A stretch of 64,000 bases of DNA, taken from Mycobacteriales bacterium. Its GTDB lineage: Bacteria; Actinomycetota; Actinomycetes; Mycobacteriales; CADCTP01. The stretch's first letter is position 1. The number at the start of each line of letters is the position of its first letter. The stretch is taken from NCBI GenBank assembly GCA_036558285.1, contig DATBFW010000203.1, positions 2,631-66,630 of the forward strand. The letters are read 5' to 3'. The translations under genes were made by a program, and so were the position numbers. Positions 1-8,916 of the stretch are shown here, one piece after another. Below the pieces are notes generated by a model, which did not search any database, was not told the origin of the DNA, and worked only from the letters and a program-made list of their open reading frames with translations.

Positions 1-1
1 G

Positions 2-580
2 GACGTGGTCAGGGTCGGTGAGCGCTTCCGGGTCAGCTGGGAACGCGCGGGACGGCAGGTCGCGCCGAACCTGGCCCGGTCGTCCTACGCCGTCGCGATG
101 GTGCACGGCATTCTCGGCGACGACGAGCGCCGGGCGGCCTGGGTGCGGCTGACGATCGACCTCGGCGTCGACGCCGCGGGGCTGGCCGGAGCGCAGCGCG
201 GCTGGCCCGCGGTGTTCGACGGCCTGCTCGCGCTGCATCGCGACGATCCGGCCGAGGCCGTCCGGCGGGTCGCGGGCGACATCGACGACCCCGCGCTGTT
301 CCGGGCCCTGGCGAGCATGCAGTGGCGGCCCTGGTACGCCGCGCTGTGGACCGAGGCCGCCGTGCTCGACCACCACCCCGACGCCGCCGACCGGATCGTG
401 CGGGGCCGGCACGCCGCCCGGGACAACCCGATCGCGACCGCGATGGTCGAGCGTGCCGAGGCGATCGCCGCCGGCGACCGGGACCGGCTGACCCGCCTCG
501 CGATCACCTTCGCCCAGCTCGGCTGCCCCTACCAGCAGGCGCGGACCATCCGGATCGCGCCCGGGCCGCGGCCCCGGTAG
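2..580 (+). CDS. 5'-truncated CDS; helical C-terminal region of a large ATP-binding/regulatory-type protein (function uncertain)
   Basis: Open from the window edge to TAG at 578-580 with GC3-rich codons; helical repeat-like sequence (WRPWYAALWTEAAVL...LGCPYQQART). No catalytic motif visible. Confidence 0.6.
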   Translation, partial: DVVRVGERFRVSWERAGRQVAPNLARSSYAVAMVHGILGDDERRAAWVRLTIDLGVDAAGLAGAQRGWPAVFDGLLALHRDDPAEAVRRVAGDIDDPALFRALASMQWRPWYAALWTEAAVLDHHPDAADRIVRGRHAARDNPIATAMVERAEAIAAGDRDRLTRLAITFAQLGCPYQQARTIRIAPGPRPR

Positions 581-621
581 CCGTCGACCACGATTCCGTG
601 GCTGTCGGCGGGAAAAATTGC

Positions 622-638
622 GGAAACGCTTGCAAGCG
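622..638. promoter_or_regulatory. Putative LacI-type operator: GGAAACGCTTGC overlapping perfect palindrome CGCTTGCAAGCG (627-638)
   Basis: Seen directly 55-70 bp upstream of the permease ATG; resembles LacI/CcpA AAxCGxTT operators. Confidence 0.4.
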
Positions 639-693
639 GTCTGGTTGCCTGCGATAACCGTCGCATCTACTCGTCGGGGAGTGGAGCGTCGCC

Positions 694-2334
694 ATGAGCG
701 TGACCGATACCGAGCACGGACCGGCCTCCGCGGACAAGGGCCTCAAATCCGGAGCACTCGGGCTGGTGTCCAGCGTCGTGATCGGGGTGGCGTCGACCGC
801 GCCGGCGTACAGCCTGGCGGCCACGCTGGGCTTCGTCGTGATCGCGGTCGGCGTGTACGCGCCGGCGATCATGCTGGTCGCCTTCCTGCCGATGCTGTTC
901 ATCGCCATCGCGTACGACCAGCTCAACCGGCGCGAGCCGGACTGCGGGACCACGTTCACCTGGGCGGCCAAGGCGTTCGGGCCGCGGTCGGGGTGGATGG
1001 GCGGCTGGGGCATCATCGCCGCCGACGTGATCGTGATGGCGAACCTGGCCCAGATCGCCGGGATCTACTCGTTCTCGCTGTTCGACGCCATTGGCGTCCA
1101 CAACACGCTGGCCGAGAGCACGTTCTGGACCACGGTCGTCGGCGTCGCCTGGATCGTCGTGATGACCTGGATCTGCTACCGCGGCATCGAGGTCTCGGCC
1201 CGCATGCAGTATTTCCTGCTCGGCGCCGAGGTCATCGTGCTGGTGCTGTTCGCGGTCACCGCGCTGGTCAAGGTCTACACCGGGCACGCGCCGGACGGGT
1301 CGTTGCACTTCTCCTGGTCCTGGCTGAACCCCTTCGGGGTCGGCGACCTGTCGGCGTTCTCCGACGGGCTGCTGCTTGCGGTCTTCATCTACTGGGGCTG
1401 GGACACCGCGGTCTCGGTGAACGAGGAGTCCGACGACCCGGCGAAGACGCCGGGGCGGGCCGCGGTGCTGTCCACGCTGCTGCTGCTGGCGACGTACGCG
1501 ATCGTGTCGATCGCGGCCCAGGCGTTCGCGGGGGTCGGGGACACCGGCCTCGGGCTGGCCAACCCGGACAACGCCGACGACGTGTTCGCCAGCCTCGGCG
1601 AGGCGGCGCTCGGCAGCGTCGGGGTCACCCTGCTGATCATCGCGACGCTGACGTCGGCCTCGGCGTCCACCCAGACGACGATCCTGCCGACCGCGCGGGC
1701 GACCCTGTCGATGGCGGTCTACAAGGCGATACCGCGCTCGTTCGCACGGATCCACCCGCGCTACCTCACCCCGACCGTGTCGACGATCGCGATGGGCCTG
1801 GCATCGGTGATCTTCTACGTCGCGCTGACGCTGATCTCCGGCAACGTGCTGGCCGACTCGATCACCTCGATCGGGTTGCTGATCGCCTTCTACTACGGGC
1901 TGACCGGCTTCGCCTGCGCCTGGTATTTCCGGCACGAGCTCACCGCGTCCGTCCGGGGATTCGTGATGAAGGGGTTGCTGCCGTTAGTCGGCGGGCTGAT
2001 CCTGCTCGGCGCGTTCATCCGCAGTGCCGTCGACATGTTCGCCGAGGACTACGGCGAGACGTCGTTCCGCGGCGTCGGCGGCGTGTTCCTGCTCGGCGTC
2101 GGCTCGCTGCTGCTCGGCGTGGTGCTGATGATCATCACTGAGATCGTCATGCCGGACTACTTCCGCGGCCGCACGCTCACCAAGCAGACCCATCCGGTGG
2201 TGCTACCCGAGACCCGGCTGCACACCGGGCTGCGGCTACCCGACGCCGAGGAGCCGCTGGTGATCGCCGCCGACGGCGACCCCCCGCCGGCGACCCCGCC
2301 GCCCGAGCCCGCGCCCCCGCCACGCACCCCCTGA
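694..2334 (+). CDS. APC-family amino acid/polyamine permease
   Basis: About 12-13 hydrophobic segments, TM1 motif GVASTAPAYSL, YWGWDT..SVNEE motif, RBS GGAG. Confidence 0.93.
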   Translation: MSVTDTEHGPASADKGLKSGALGLVSSVVIGVASTAPAYSLAATLGFVVIAVGVYAPAIMLVAFLPMLFIAIAYDQLNRREPDCGTTFTWAAKAFGPRSGWMGGWGIIAADVIVMANLAQIAGIYSFSLFDAIGVHNTLAESTFWTTVVGVAWIVVMTWICYRGIEVSARMQYFLLGAEVIVLVLFAVTALVKVYTGHAPDGSLHFSWSWLNPFGVGDLSAFSDGLLLAVFIYWGWDTAVSVNEESDDPAKTPGRAAVLSTLLLLATYAIVSIAAQAFAGVGDTGLGLANPDNADDVFASLGEAALGSVGVTLLIIATLTSASASTQTTILPTARATLSMAVYKAIPRSFARIHPRYLTPTVSTIAMGLASVIFYVALTLISGNVLADSITSIGLLIAFYYGLTGFACAWYFRHELTASVRGFVMKGLLPLVGGLILLGAFIRSAVDMFAEDYGETSFRGVGGVFLLGVGSLLLGVVLMIITEIVMPDYFRGRTLTKQTHPVVLPETRLHTGLRLPDAEEPLVIAADGDPPPATPPPEPAPPPRTP

Positions 2335-2364
2335 GCCGCCGGCCGCCCGCCGCCTGACGGGCTG

Positions 2365-2708
2365 TCAGCGGGACTCGGTGGCCAGCCGGACGCCGAGGCC
2401 GAGCATGACCGCGCCGGTGAAGCGTTCGAGCACCGACTGCACTCTCGGCGTCAGGATCTGCCGGGCCCGGTCCACCGCGAACGCCAGCGCGGAGAACCAG
2501 GCGACGTCCAGGACGACGATGACGCCGGCCATCGCCAAGGCGTACGGCAGCACCGGCGCGCCCGGCCGGACGAACTGCGGGAACAGCGCGATGAAGAAGA
2601 CCGCCAGCTTCGGGTTCGATGCACTGGTGACCAGCCCGGACCGCCAGCCCGCTACCCGGCCCAGCCGCAGGGCAGCGCCACGAGGAGGAACTCCGGCACC
2701 GACCGCAC
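2365..2708 (-). pseudogene. LysE/RhtB-family translocator with large internal deletion and frameshift
   Basis: GTG at 2708 (6 nt after a TACGGT -10 box) gives MRSVPEFLLVALP then a stop. Another frame gives the typical C-terminal half, SGLVTSASNPKLAVFFIALFPQF...LGVRLATESR. The span is 344 nt, not a multiple of 3, and the PGP/TM2-3 region is absent. Confidence 0.7.
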
Positions 2709-2741
2709 GGATCGACCGTAGCCGGGCTGCCGAACGGTTTG

Positions 2742-4583
2742 TCAGTCGGTGGAAGCCTGGTCGAGGTCGTGGGCGACGCGGCGGTGGGCGGCCCAGATCT
2801 CCTCGGGGAGGTCGGCGAACTGGGCGAGATGCTCCTCGCGGAAACCCATCTCCTGCCGCCACCGGTCGACGTCGATGCTCAGCAGGACGTCGAGGTCGTC
2901 GGGCGCGACCTGCACCCCGTCGAGGTCAAGCTCGTCCGGCGTGGGCAGGATGCCGACCGGCGTCCGCCGCCCGGTGACCTCGCCGTCCTTGAGCCGCAGC
3001 AGCCACAGCAGCGGTCGCAGGTTGTCGCGGTATCCGGGCCAGAGGAAGTGGCCGTCGCCGTGGTCGCGCTGGAACCAGTTGACGTGCGCGAAGATCGGCT
3101 TCTCCCGGGCGGAGTCGATGATCCGCAGCCAGTGCGCCGCGTACGCCCCTTCCGGGTAGGACAGGAACGGCCGCATCGACATCGGGTCGTAGCGCAGCTG
3201 GCCCTCGACGCCCTCGGCGGCGTAGGTCGCCTCGGCGCCGAGGGTGAGCCCGTCGTACACGCCCTCGGCGACATCGGTGATGGCGCGGATCAGCGGCTCC
3301 CGGTCGCTGGTGCGGCCGCCGAAGATGATCGCGTCGATCGGCACGCCGCGGGAGTCGTCGAAGTCCTCGGCGAGGGTGGGCACGTTGTTCAGCTGGGTGG
3401 TGAACCGGCTGTTCGGGTGCGCCCACGGGTCGTCCCGCTCGTCCGCGGTCCGGTCGCTGATCAGCGCACCGGTCCAGTCCCGCCAGCCGGCTCCCTCCGG
3501 CCTGTCCGGCGTGCGGCCCTCCCACCAGACCGCCTGGGTGTCGTCGTTGTACGCGACGTTCGTGAACAGCGTCCCGGTGCCCGGCGCCACCGAGGCCACC
3601 CCGACCGGGTTGGTCGCCTCGCTGGTGTCCCGCGCGACGCCGAACACGCCGTACTCCGGGTTGATCGCGTAGATCCGGCCGTCGTCCGGGTCGACCCGCA
3701 GCCAGGCGATGTCGTCGCCGTAGAACCGCACCTCGTACCGGTCCTCCAGGCTGGTCGGCGGCGTCATCATCGCGAGGTTGGTCTTGCCGGACGCGCTCGG
3801 AAACCCGCCGCAGACGTGGTACGTCCGGCCGGTCTGCTTGTCGACGATGCCGATGAGCATGAACTGCTCGGCCAGGAAACCCCCGGACTTCCAGCCGTCG
3901 TAGGCGGCCTGCCGCAGTCCGTGCGCGATCTTGCCGAGCAGCGCGTTGCCACCGTAGGACGAGCCGTAGTGCAGGATCGTGCGCTCGTCGGCGACGGTGA
4001 CGAAGTAGCGCTGGTCGTCCGGCGTTCCCTGGCCGAGCTTCTCCAGGTCGCCGGTGACGTGGACGCCGCGCACGAAGCTGTCCGGGTCGTCGAGCTCGTT
4101 GACGTACCGGATGCCGACCCTGGCCATCCGGATCATGTGCAGGACGACCGTGCGGTGGTCGGTCAGCTCCACGCCGGCCGCGTACGGCTCCAGCGGCGAT
4201 CCCGGCGGGGACATCAGGTAGGGCACCACATACATCGTCTTGCCGGCGGAGGCGCCGCGCATGTGCTCCTCGAGCAGCGGGGTCATCTCCGACGCCGGCC
4301 GCCAGTTGTTGTAGACGCCGCGGTCGGCCGGGTTGCTCGTCGCGACGATCGTGCGTTCCTCGGAGCGCGCCGTGTCCTTGGCGTAGCTGCGCGAGTAGTA
4401 GAGGTCCTGTCCGGCGGGCTGGATCTCGCCGGCCGCAAGCGACTCCTCGATCAACCGGTAGTCGTCGGCCGCGCTGACGACCTCGACCCTGTCCGGGCGT
4501 GTGTGCTCGGCCCACTGCCGCACGTACGCGCGGACCCGATCGTTGGTTACCCCTGCCCGGTCGAGGGCGGCGTCGACGTCCAC
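2742..4583 (-). CDS. pckG: Phosphoenolpyruvate carboxykinase (GTP), divergent clade
   Basis: Motifs GSSYGGNALLGK, FPSASGKTNLAM, GDDIAW, HPNSRFT; start chosen at GTG 4583 after a GGGAG RBS. The 1085-aa track ORF is a spurious 5' extension. Confidence 0.93.
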   Translation of the reverse strand: MDVDAALDRAGVTNDRVRAYVRQWAEHTRPDRVEVVSAADDYRLIEESLAAGEIQPAGQDLYYSRSYAKDTARSEERTIVATSNPADRGVYNNWRPASEMTPLLEEHMRGASAGKTMYVVPYLMSPPGSPLEPYAAGVELTDHRTVVLHMIRMARVGIRYVNELDDPDSFVRGVHVTGDLEKLGQGTPDDQRYFVTVADERTILHYGSSYGGNALLGKIAHGLRQAAYDGWKSGGFLAEQFMLIGIVDKQTGRTYHVCGGFPSASGKTNLAMMTPPTSLEDRYEVRFYGDDIAWLRVDPDDGRIYAINPEYGVFGVARDTSEATNPVGVASVAPGTGTLFTNVAYNDDTQAVWWEGRTPDRPEGAGWRDWTGALISDRTADERDDPWAHPNSRFTTQLNNVPTLAEDFDDSRGVPIDAIIFGGRTSDREPLIRAITDVAEGVYDGLTLGAEATYAAEGVEGQLRYDPMSMRPFLSYPEGAYAAHWLRIIDSAREKPIFAHVNWFQRDHGDGHFLWPGYRDNLRPLLWLLRLKDGEVTGRRTPVGILPTPDELDLDGVQVAPDDLDVLLSIDVDRWRQEMGFREEHLAQFADLPEEIWAAHRRVAHDLDQASTD

Positions 4584-4721
4584 CTGCGCGCTCCCATCCG
4601 CGATCGCCGTCGATCGCGTGTGTTCCCACGACACTAGGGCACCGATCGCCGGCTTGGCCTCGCGGCCTGCGCCATCTGGCGGTACATCACACGGTCTGAT
4701 CCGGTCAAGGAGACTGGTGGG

Positions 4722-5879
4722 GTGTCCCGCCGACCGCAGGCCGCCGTCACCCTCGCCGAGCTGGCCGAGGATCCGCACCCGGTCTGGGCGCGGCTGCGCC
4801 GGCACGGCGAGGTGGTCCGGGTTGCCGAGCTCGGCGGCTGGGTCACGCTGACCCGGGCGGCGGCCACCCGGGTGATGCGGGACGCGCGGACGTTCACCGT
4901 CGCCGACCCCCGGTTCTCCACCGGGCGGATCGTCGGTCCGAGCATGCTGTCCACCGACGGCGCCCCGCACGCCGCGCACCGCCGGCCGTGGGCGGAGGTG
5001 TTCAAGCCGGCTCCGGTACGCGACCGGTTCACCGGGCCGGTGCGGGACGAGGTGGCCCGGCTGCTCGACCGGCTCGCCGTCGCGCCGGCACCGGACCTGC
5101 GGACCGGGCTGGCCGCGCCGCTGGCGACGGCTGCGATGGGTGCGGCGCTCGGCCTCGACGGGCTGCAGGTCGCCCAGGTGCTCGACTGGTACCGGGCGAT
5201 GGTCGCCGGCGTGGACACGGTCAGCCGCGGCGGCGACCCGCCCGCGGCCGCGTTGCGGGCGGTGGACGCGATCCGCGACCACGTCGAGCGGACCCTGCGC
5301 CGGCCGGCCCGGGACACGGTGCTCACGGCCGCGGCCGCCGGCGGCACCGACGCCCGGCTGCTCGCCGCGGACGTGGCGATCCTGCTGTTCGGCGGGGTGG
5401 ATACCGCGGAGAGCATGACCGCGATCGCCGCGTACCACCTGCTGACCCACCCCGCCGCGCTGGACGAGGTGCGGGCCGATCCCGCGCTGCTGCCCGGTGC
5501 GATCCAGGAGTCGCTGCGGCTGGAGCCCGCCGCCACCCGGGTGGACCGCTACGCGACCGCCGACGCCGAGGTCGCCGGAGCCGCGATCCGGGCCGGCGAC
5601 CTTGTCGTCGTCTCGCTGTCGGCCGCCGGCCGGGACCCCGGCGTGTTCGCCGACCCCGACCGGTACGACATCCACCGGCGCAACGCGGCCGATCACCTCG
5701 CCTTCGCCGTCGGCCCGCACTACTGCCTCGGCGTGCACCTGACGACGCTGCAGACCACGCTCGCGCTCGGCCTGCTGCTCGACCGCTTCCCCGGCATCCA
5801 CGCCGCCGGTCCACTGCCACCGGTCACCGGCTTCGTCTTCCGCAAACCGGCCTCCGTACCCGTCGCCCTCGGATCCTGA
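4722..5879 (+). CDS. Cytochrome P450
   Basis: I-helix FGGVDT, ExxR (ESLR), heme ligand HLAFAVGPHYCLG. Confidence 0.95.
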   Translation: MSRRPQAAVTLAELAEDPHPVWARLRRHGEVVRVAELGGWVTLTRAAATRVMRDARTFTVADPRFSTGRIVGPSMLSTDGAPHAAHRRPWAEVFKPAPVRDRFTGPVRDEVARLLDRLAVAPAPDLRTGLAAPLATAAMGAALGLDGLQVAQVLDWYRAMVAGVDTVSRGGDPPAAALRAVDAIRDHVERTLRRPARDTVLTAAAAGGTDARLLAADVAILLFGGVDTAESMTAIAAYHLLTHPAALDEVRADPALLPGAIQESLRLEPAATRVDRYATADAEVAGAAIRAGDLVVVSLSAAGRDPGVFADPDRYDIHRRNAADHLAFAVGPHYCLGVHLTTLQTTLALGLLLDRFPGIHAAGPLPPVTGFVFRKPASVPVALGS

Positions 5880-5887
5880 GGCCGCGG

Positions 5888-6784
5888 TCAGCGGCTCCGG
5901 ACGAGCCCCTCCGCGACGGTCGCGAGCTGGGCGGCCGTGAGCGGTGCCGGCATGCCGTGGCTGCACACCGCGACGCCGGTGCGGGCGGTCTCGGTCCACA
6001 CCAGGCAGCGGGCGTCGTCGAACCGGGGGTACTGCCGGAAGACCGCCGGATGACCGCGGACCGTCGACCGGGCGAGCACCTGGATCGGGCCGGGTCCCTT
6101 CGGGTCGACGCCCGGCTGCCCAGCCGGTCCCTGCATGACTTCGAGGTAGGTGTCCTGGTCCGGTCCGGAGTAGACGGACCGGGTCAGACCGGGCGCCTGG
6201 GGGTCGTCCTCGACCGTGGGGTGATCGGCGTAGCCGTCGGGCAGCACGGTCGCGTGCAGCCGGGTGTCGGTCAGCAGCACGCGAACGTCCCGGCCGTCCT
6301 GCACGACCTGTCTGGTCCCCAGCGGACGGGCGAGGTGGACGAGGAACCGTCCACCGGCACGGCCGTCACCGGCACAGGCGACATTCGACCCGCCGCTCCG
6401 GTCGACGTACGTGGTGGCGGCGAGGGTGACCGTCCGGTCGTCCTGGCCGACGAGCCGGACGTCCGTCCACGGGTGGCACGGATCCGGCCCGGTCCGGTTC
6501 TCGTTGCCCGCCAGCACCAGCAGCGTGGTCGCGCCCCGATCGGTGGCCTGCACCCAGACGATCGGCGTCGCATCCTCCCGGTGCACGGTCTTGCCCTTGA
6601 TCGTCAGCTCCGCCGGGACCGCCTTTCCCGCCGAGGCACCGCCCGATCCGGTCAGCGCCCTCGCCGCCAGCAGGGCGCCGCCGGCGACGATCAGCACCGC
6701 CACCGCGCTGAGCGCGACCTGCACCCGGCTGCGCCGCCTGCGCACTCCGACGGTCGCGCGCTGACCGTCCGTACCTGTCGCCAT
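5888..6784 (-). CDS. Membrane-anchored extracytoplasmic hypothetical protein
   Basis: Basic N-terminus, one TM helix, Cys-containing outer domain; C-terminus of the LTAAQLATVAEGL type. Confidence 0.65.
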   Translation of the reverse strand: MATGTDGQRATVGVRRRRSRVQVALSAVAVLIVAGGALLAARALTGSGGASAGKAVPAELTIKGKTVHREDATPIVWVQATDRGATTLLVLAGNENRTGPDPCHPWTDVRLVGQDDRTVTLAATTYVDRSGGSNVACAGDGRAGGRFLVHLARPLGTRQVVQDGRDVRVLLTDTRLHATVLPDGYADHPTVEDDPQAPGLTRSVYSGPDQDTYLEVMQGPAGQPGVDPKGPGPIQVLARSTVRGHPAVFRQYPRFDDARCLVWTETARTGVAVCSHGMPAPLTAAQLATVAEGLVRSR

Positions 6785-6842
6785 GGGGCACAGACGCGAC
6801 CGGAGCTCGGCCGGTTCCCGTGGGTCCGGCTAGCCTGACCCG

Positions 6843-7436
6843 GTGCTGCCGCCTGCCGGTCTGCGGACCGTGGTCCTCGTGCACGGCGGGCTCTGGGAGG
6901 ACATGGACGCCGAGCGGTTCTGGGTCCGGCCGGGCGTGGTCGGCGCGCTGGAGGCGCGCGGCGTGCCCGTGCTCGCGCCGGATCGGGTGGTGCACCCGAG
7001 GTCCTGGGCCGAGGAGGTCGCGCACCTGCTCCCGCTGCTGCCGGACGAGCCGGTCACGCTGGTCGGCGGGTCCAACGGGTGCTCGGTCGCGGCCCGGGTG
7101 GCGGTCGAGCACCCCGACCGCGTCGGGCGGCTGGTGCTCGCCTGGCCGGCGAGCGCCGGCAACACCGAGGTCGACACGCTCTACCTGGCGGCCGGCGTGC
7201 CGCCCGAGCTGCTGGCGGGGGAGACGCTGCGCGGCCTGTCCGACGTCGAGCTGGCCGAGCTGCGGCTCCCGGTCGCGGTGCTTCCCGGCCCGGCCGACCG
7301 GTACCACGAACGGTCCACAGTGGACACCCTGCTGGCGCTGCTCGCCGGCGCGGTCGAGCTGCCACCGAGCCCGGAGCCGCCGCGGCCCGGGTTCGCGCCC
7401 TACGCGGCCGCCGTGGCCGCCGCGCTGCTGGGCTGA
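6843..7436 (+). CDS. Alpha/beta hydrolase
   Basis: VVLVHGG oxyanion motif and nucleophile elbow GGSNG; GTG lies 6 nt after TAGCCT. Confidence 0.85.
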   Translation: MLPPAGLRTVVLVHGGLWEDMDAERFWVRPGVVGALEARGVPVLAPDRVVHPRSWAEEVAHLLPLLPDEPVTLVGGSNGCSVAARVAVEHPDRVGRLVLAWPASAGNTEVDTLYLAAGVPPELLAGETLRGLSDVELAELRLPVAVLPGPADRYHERSTVDTLLALLAGAVELPPSPEPPRPGFAPYAAAVAAALLG

Positions 7437-7538
7437 CCGCGCCGCCCGAGCGCGGGTCGCCTCGCTGTCGGGCCGCGACCCCGGTCCCGGTGCGCTTCCG
7501 ACGACCCGGCCCGGGTCGCTGCTGGGCCGACCGCGCCG
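7423..7538. repeat. 22-bp direct repeat (7423-7444, 7517-7538) copying the hydrolase 3' end
   Basis: cgctgctgggc(t/c)gaccgcgccg, 1 mismatch. Confidence 0.7.
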
Positions 7539-7658
7539 GCGGGTCGGTGCGGTCCGCGGGTCAGTGGGCGGACCAGGTGACGGAGTCGCCCGCTACGGGG
7601 CCGGCGGGTCGGTGTGGCCCGCGGGTCAGTGGGCGGACCAGGTGACGGAGTCGCCCGC
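7536..7658. repeat. 58-bp direct repeat (7536-7593, 7601-7658) copying the GGDEF gene 3' end
   Basis: ccggcgggtcggtg(c/t)gg(t/c)ccgcgggtcagtgggcggaccaggtgacggagtcgcccgc, 2 mismatches. Confidence 0.9.
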
Positions 7659-8372
7659 CACCGCGCGGACCTGGCGGCGCCGACCGTCCGCCGCGAACCA
7701 GCTGCCGGGATCGGCCGACTCGCGCCGGCCGGCCCGCCGAGCCGGCGCCGAGGCCAGCTGGGTCGTCTTCGCCCGGTACATCGCCGCGTCGGCGCGGTCG
7801 AGCACCTCGTCGAGGTCCGACCCCGGCGCCGCGACGACCACGCCGATCGACGCGCGGACGGCCACGTTCCATCCGCCGGCGACGTGTACGGGTGCCGAGA
7901 GCACCTCGGTGATGCGCCCGGCGGTGTCGGCGAGGCGACTGCTCGCGGCGCGCTCGGACAGTCCCGCCGGCAGGTCGACGAGCGCGACGAACTCGTCACC
8001 GCCGAGCCGGGCGACCAGCCCGGGCCCGACGACGTCGGCGAGCCGGCGCGCGACGGTGACCAGCACCTCGTCGCCGGCCCGGTGGCCGAAGGTGTCGTTG
8101 ATCCGCTTGAAGTCGTCGAGGTCCACCAGGACCGCCACCAGCGGCCGCCGGTCGGTCGCGCCGACCAGCGTCGTCCCGGCGCCGTAGAACCAGCGGCGGT
8201 TCGGCAGGCCGGTGAGGTGGTCGTGCCGGGCGGCGTGCTGCTCGGCGCACAGCTCGGCCCGGACCCGGTGCAGCTCCCGTTCGGCGGCCTTCGCCCGCCG
8301 CGCGTGCCAGATCGCGGTCAGCGCAGCCAGGACCACCAGGCCGGCGCCGATCACGGCGGCCAACGGGTCCAT
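7626..8372 (-). CDS. Membrane-anchored GGDEF diguanylate cyclase
   Basis: N-terminal TM plus coiled-coil; HDHLTGLPNRR, DLDDFKRINDTFGH, intact RLGGDEF, ADAAMYRAK. Confidence 0.93.
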   Translation of the reverse strand: MDPLAAVIGAGLVVLAALTAIWHARRAKAAERELHRVRAELCAEQHAARHDHLTGLPNRRWFYGAGTTLVGATDRRPLVAVLVDLDDFKRINDTFGHRAGDEVLVTVARRLADVVGPGLVARLGGDEFVALVDLPAGLSERAASSRLADTAGRITEVLSAPVHVAGGWNVAVRASIGVVVAAPGSDLDEVLDRADAAMYRAKTTQLASAPARRAGRRESADPGSWFAADGRRRQVRAVAGDSVTWSAH

Positions 8373-8467
8373 GGATTAGCCCTCCCCGGGACGGCGCGCG
8401 CGTCTCGCCGCCGTCCCGCCCGTGATCAACGAGCGGTGTGCCACAGCAAATGCGGAAGCACAGCCGC

Positions 8468-8485
8468 ATGCACGTGCATTAGCAT
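8468..8485. promoter_or_regulatory. Palindrome ATGCACGTGCAT abutting a TAGCAT -10-like box, in the GGDEF/DUF397 divergent region
   Basis: Perfect 12-bp palindrome at 8468-8479; a 9/12 match lies at 8820-8831. Confidence 0.55.
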
Positions 8486-8577
8486 CCTCCCGCCGTGGTC
8501 GCCTGCGCAAGCTTCGACGCGGACATATGTCCGGATCGCGGCCCGAAGCGGCGCGCACTTGCCGGTGGGAGGTGTCG

Positions 8578-8817
8578 GTGGAGCGGAGCAACGACAAGGT
8601 GCGCGCGGATGCCCCGACCGGCCTAGCGTGGCGGAAGAGCCGCAGGAGCAACCCCAGCGGCAACTGCGTCGAGCTCGCCCTGCTCCCGTCCGGGACCGGT
8701 GTCGCGGTGCGCAACTCGCGTGATCCGAACGGCCCAGCGCTCGTATACACGCGGGCAGAGATCGCCGCGTTCCTCGGCGGCGTCCAGGACGGGGACTTCG
8801 ACGACCTGCTGATCTGA
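8578..8817 (+). CDS. DUF397 family protein
   Basis: WRKSRRS..GNCVE...VAVRNSRDPNGPAL signature; RBS GGGAGG. Confidence 0.95.
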   Translation: MERSNDKVRADAPTGLAWRKSRRSNPSGNCVELALLPSGTGVAVRNSRDPNGPALVYTRAEIAAFLGGVQDGDFDDLLI

Positions 8818-8819
8818 TC

Positions 8820-8831
8820 ATGTACATGCGT
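8820..8831. promoter_or_regulatory. Second operator-like site ATGTACATGCGT upstream of the XRE gene
   Basis: 9/12 identical to the 8468 palindrome; TAGCAT -10-like box at 8876-8881. Confidence 0.45.
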
Positions 8832-8916
8832 TGATGCGAGCCGCCGAATCGCCGCGGGCGGATCACCGGTGGTCGTAGCATGATGCCGCCTGAACCCGAC
8901 ACCACGGAGGGGCGGC

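Noticed and set aside
2742-5999. 1085-aa ORF suggesting a PEPCK fusion
   Set aside because: The N-terminal extension is the antisense shadow of the P450. PEPCK homology begins near 4583, which has its own RBS and a TAGTGT -10 box upstream.
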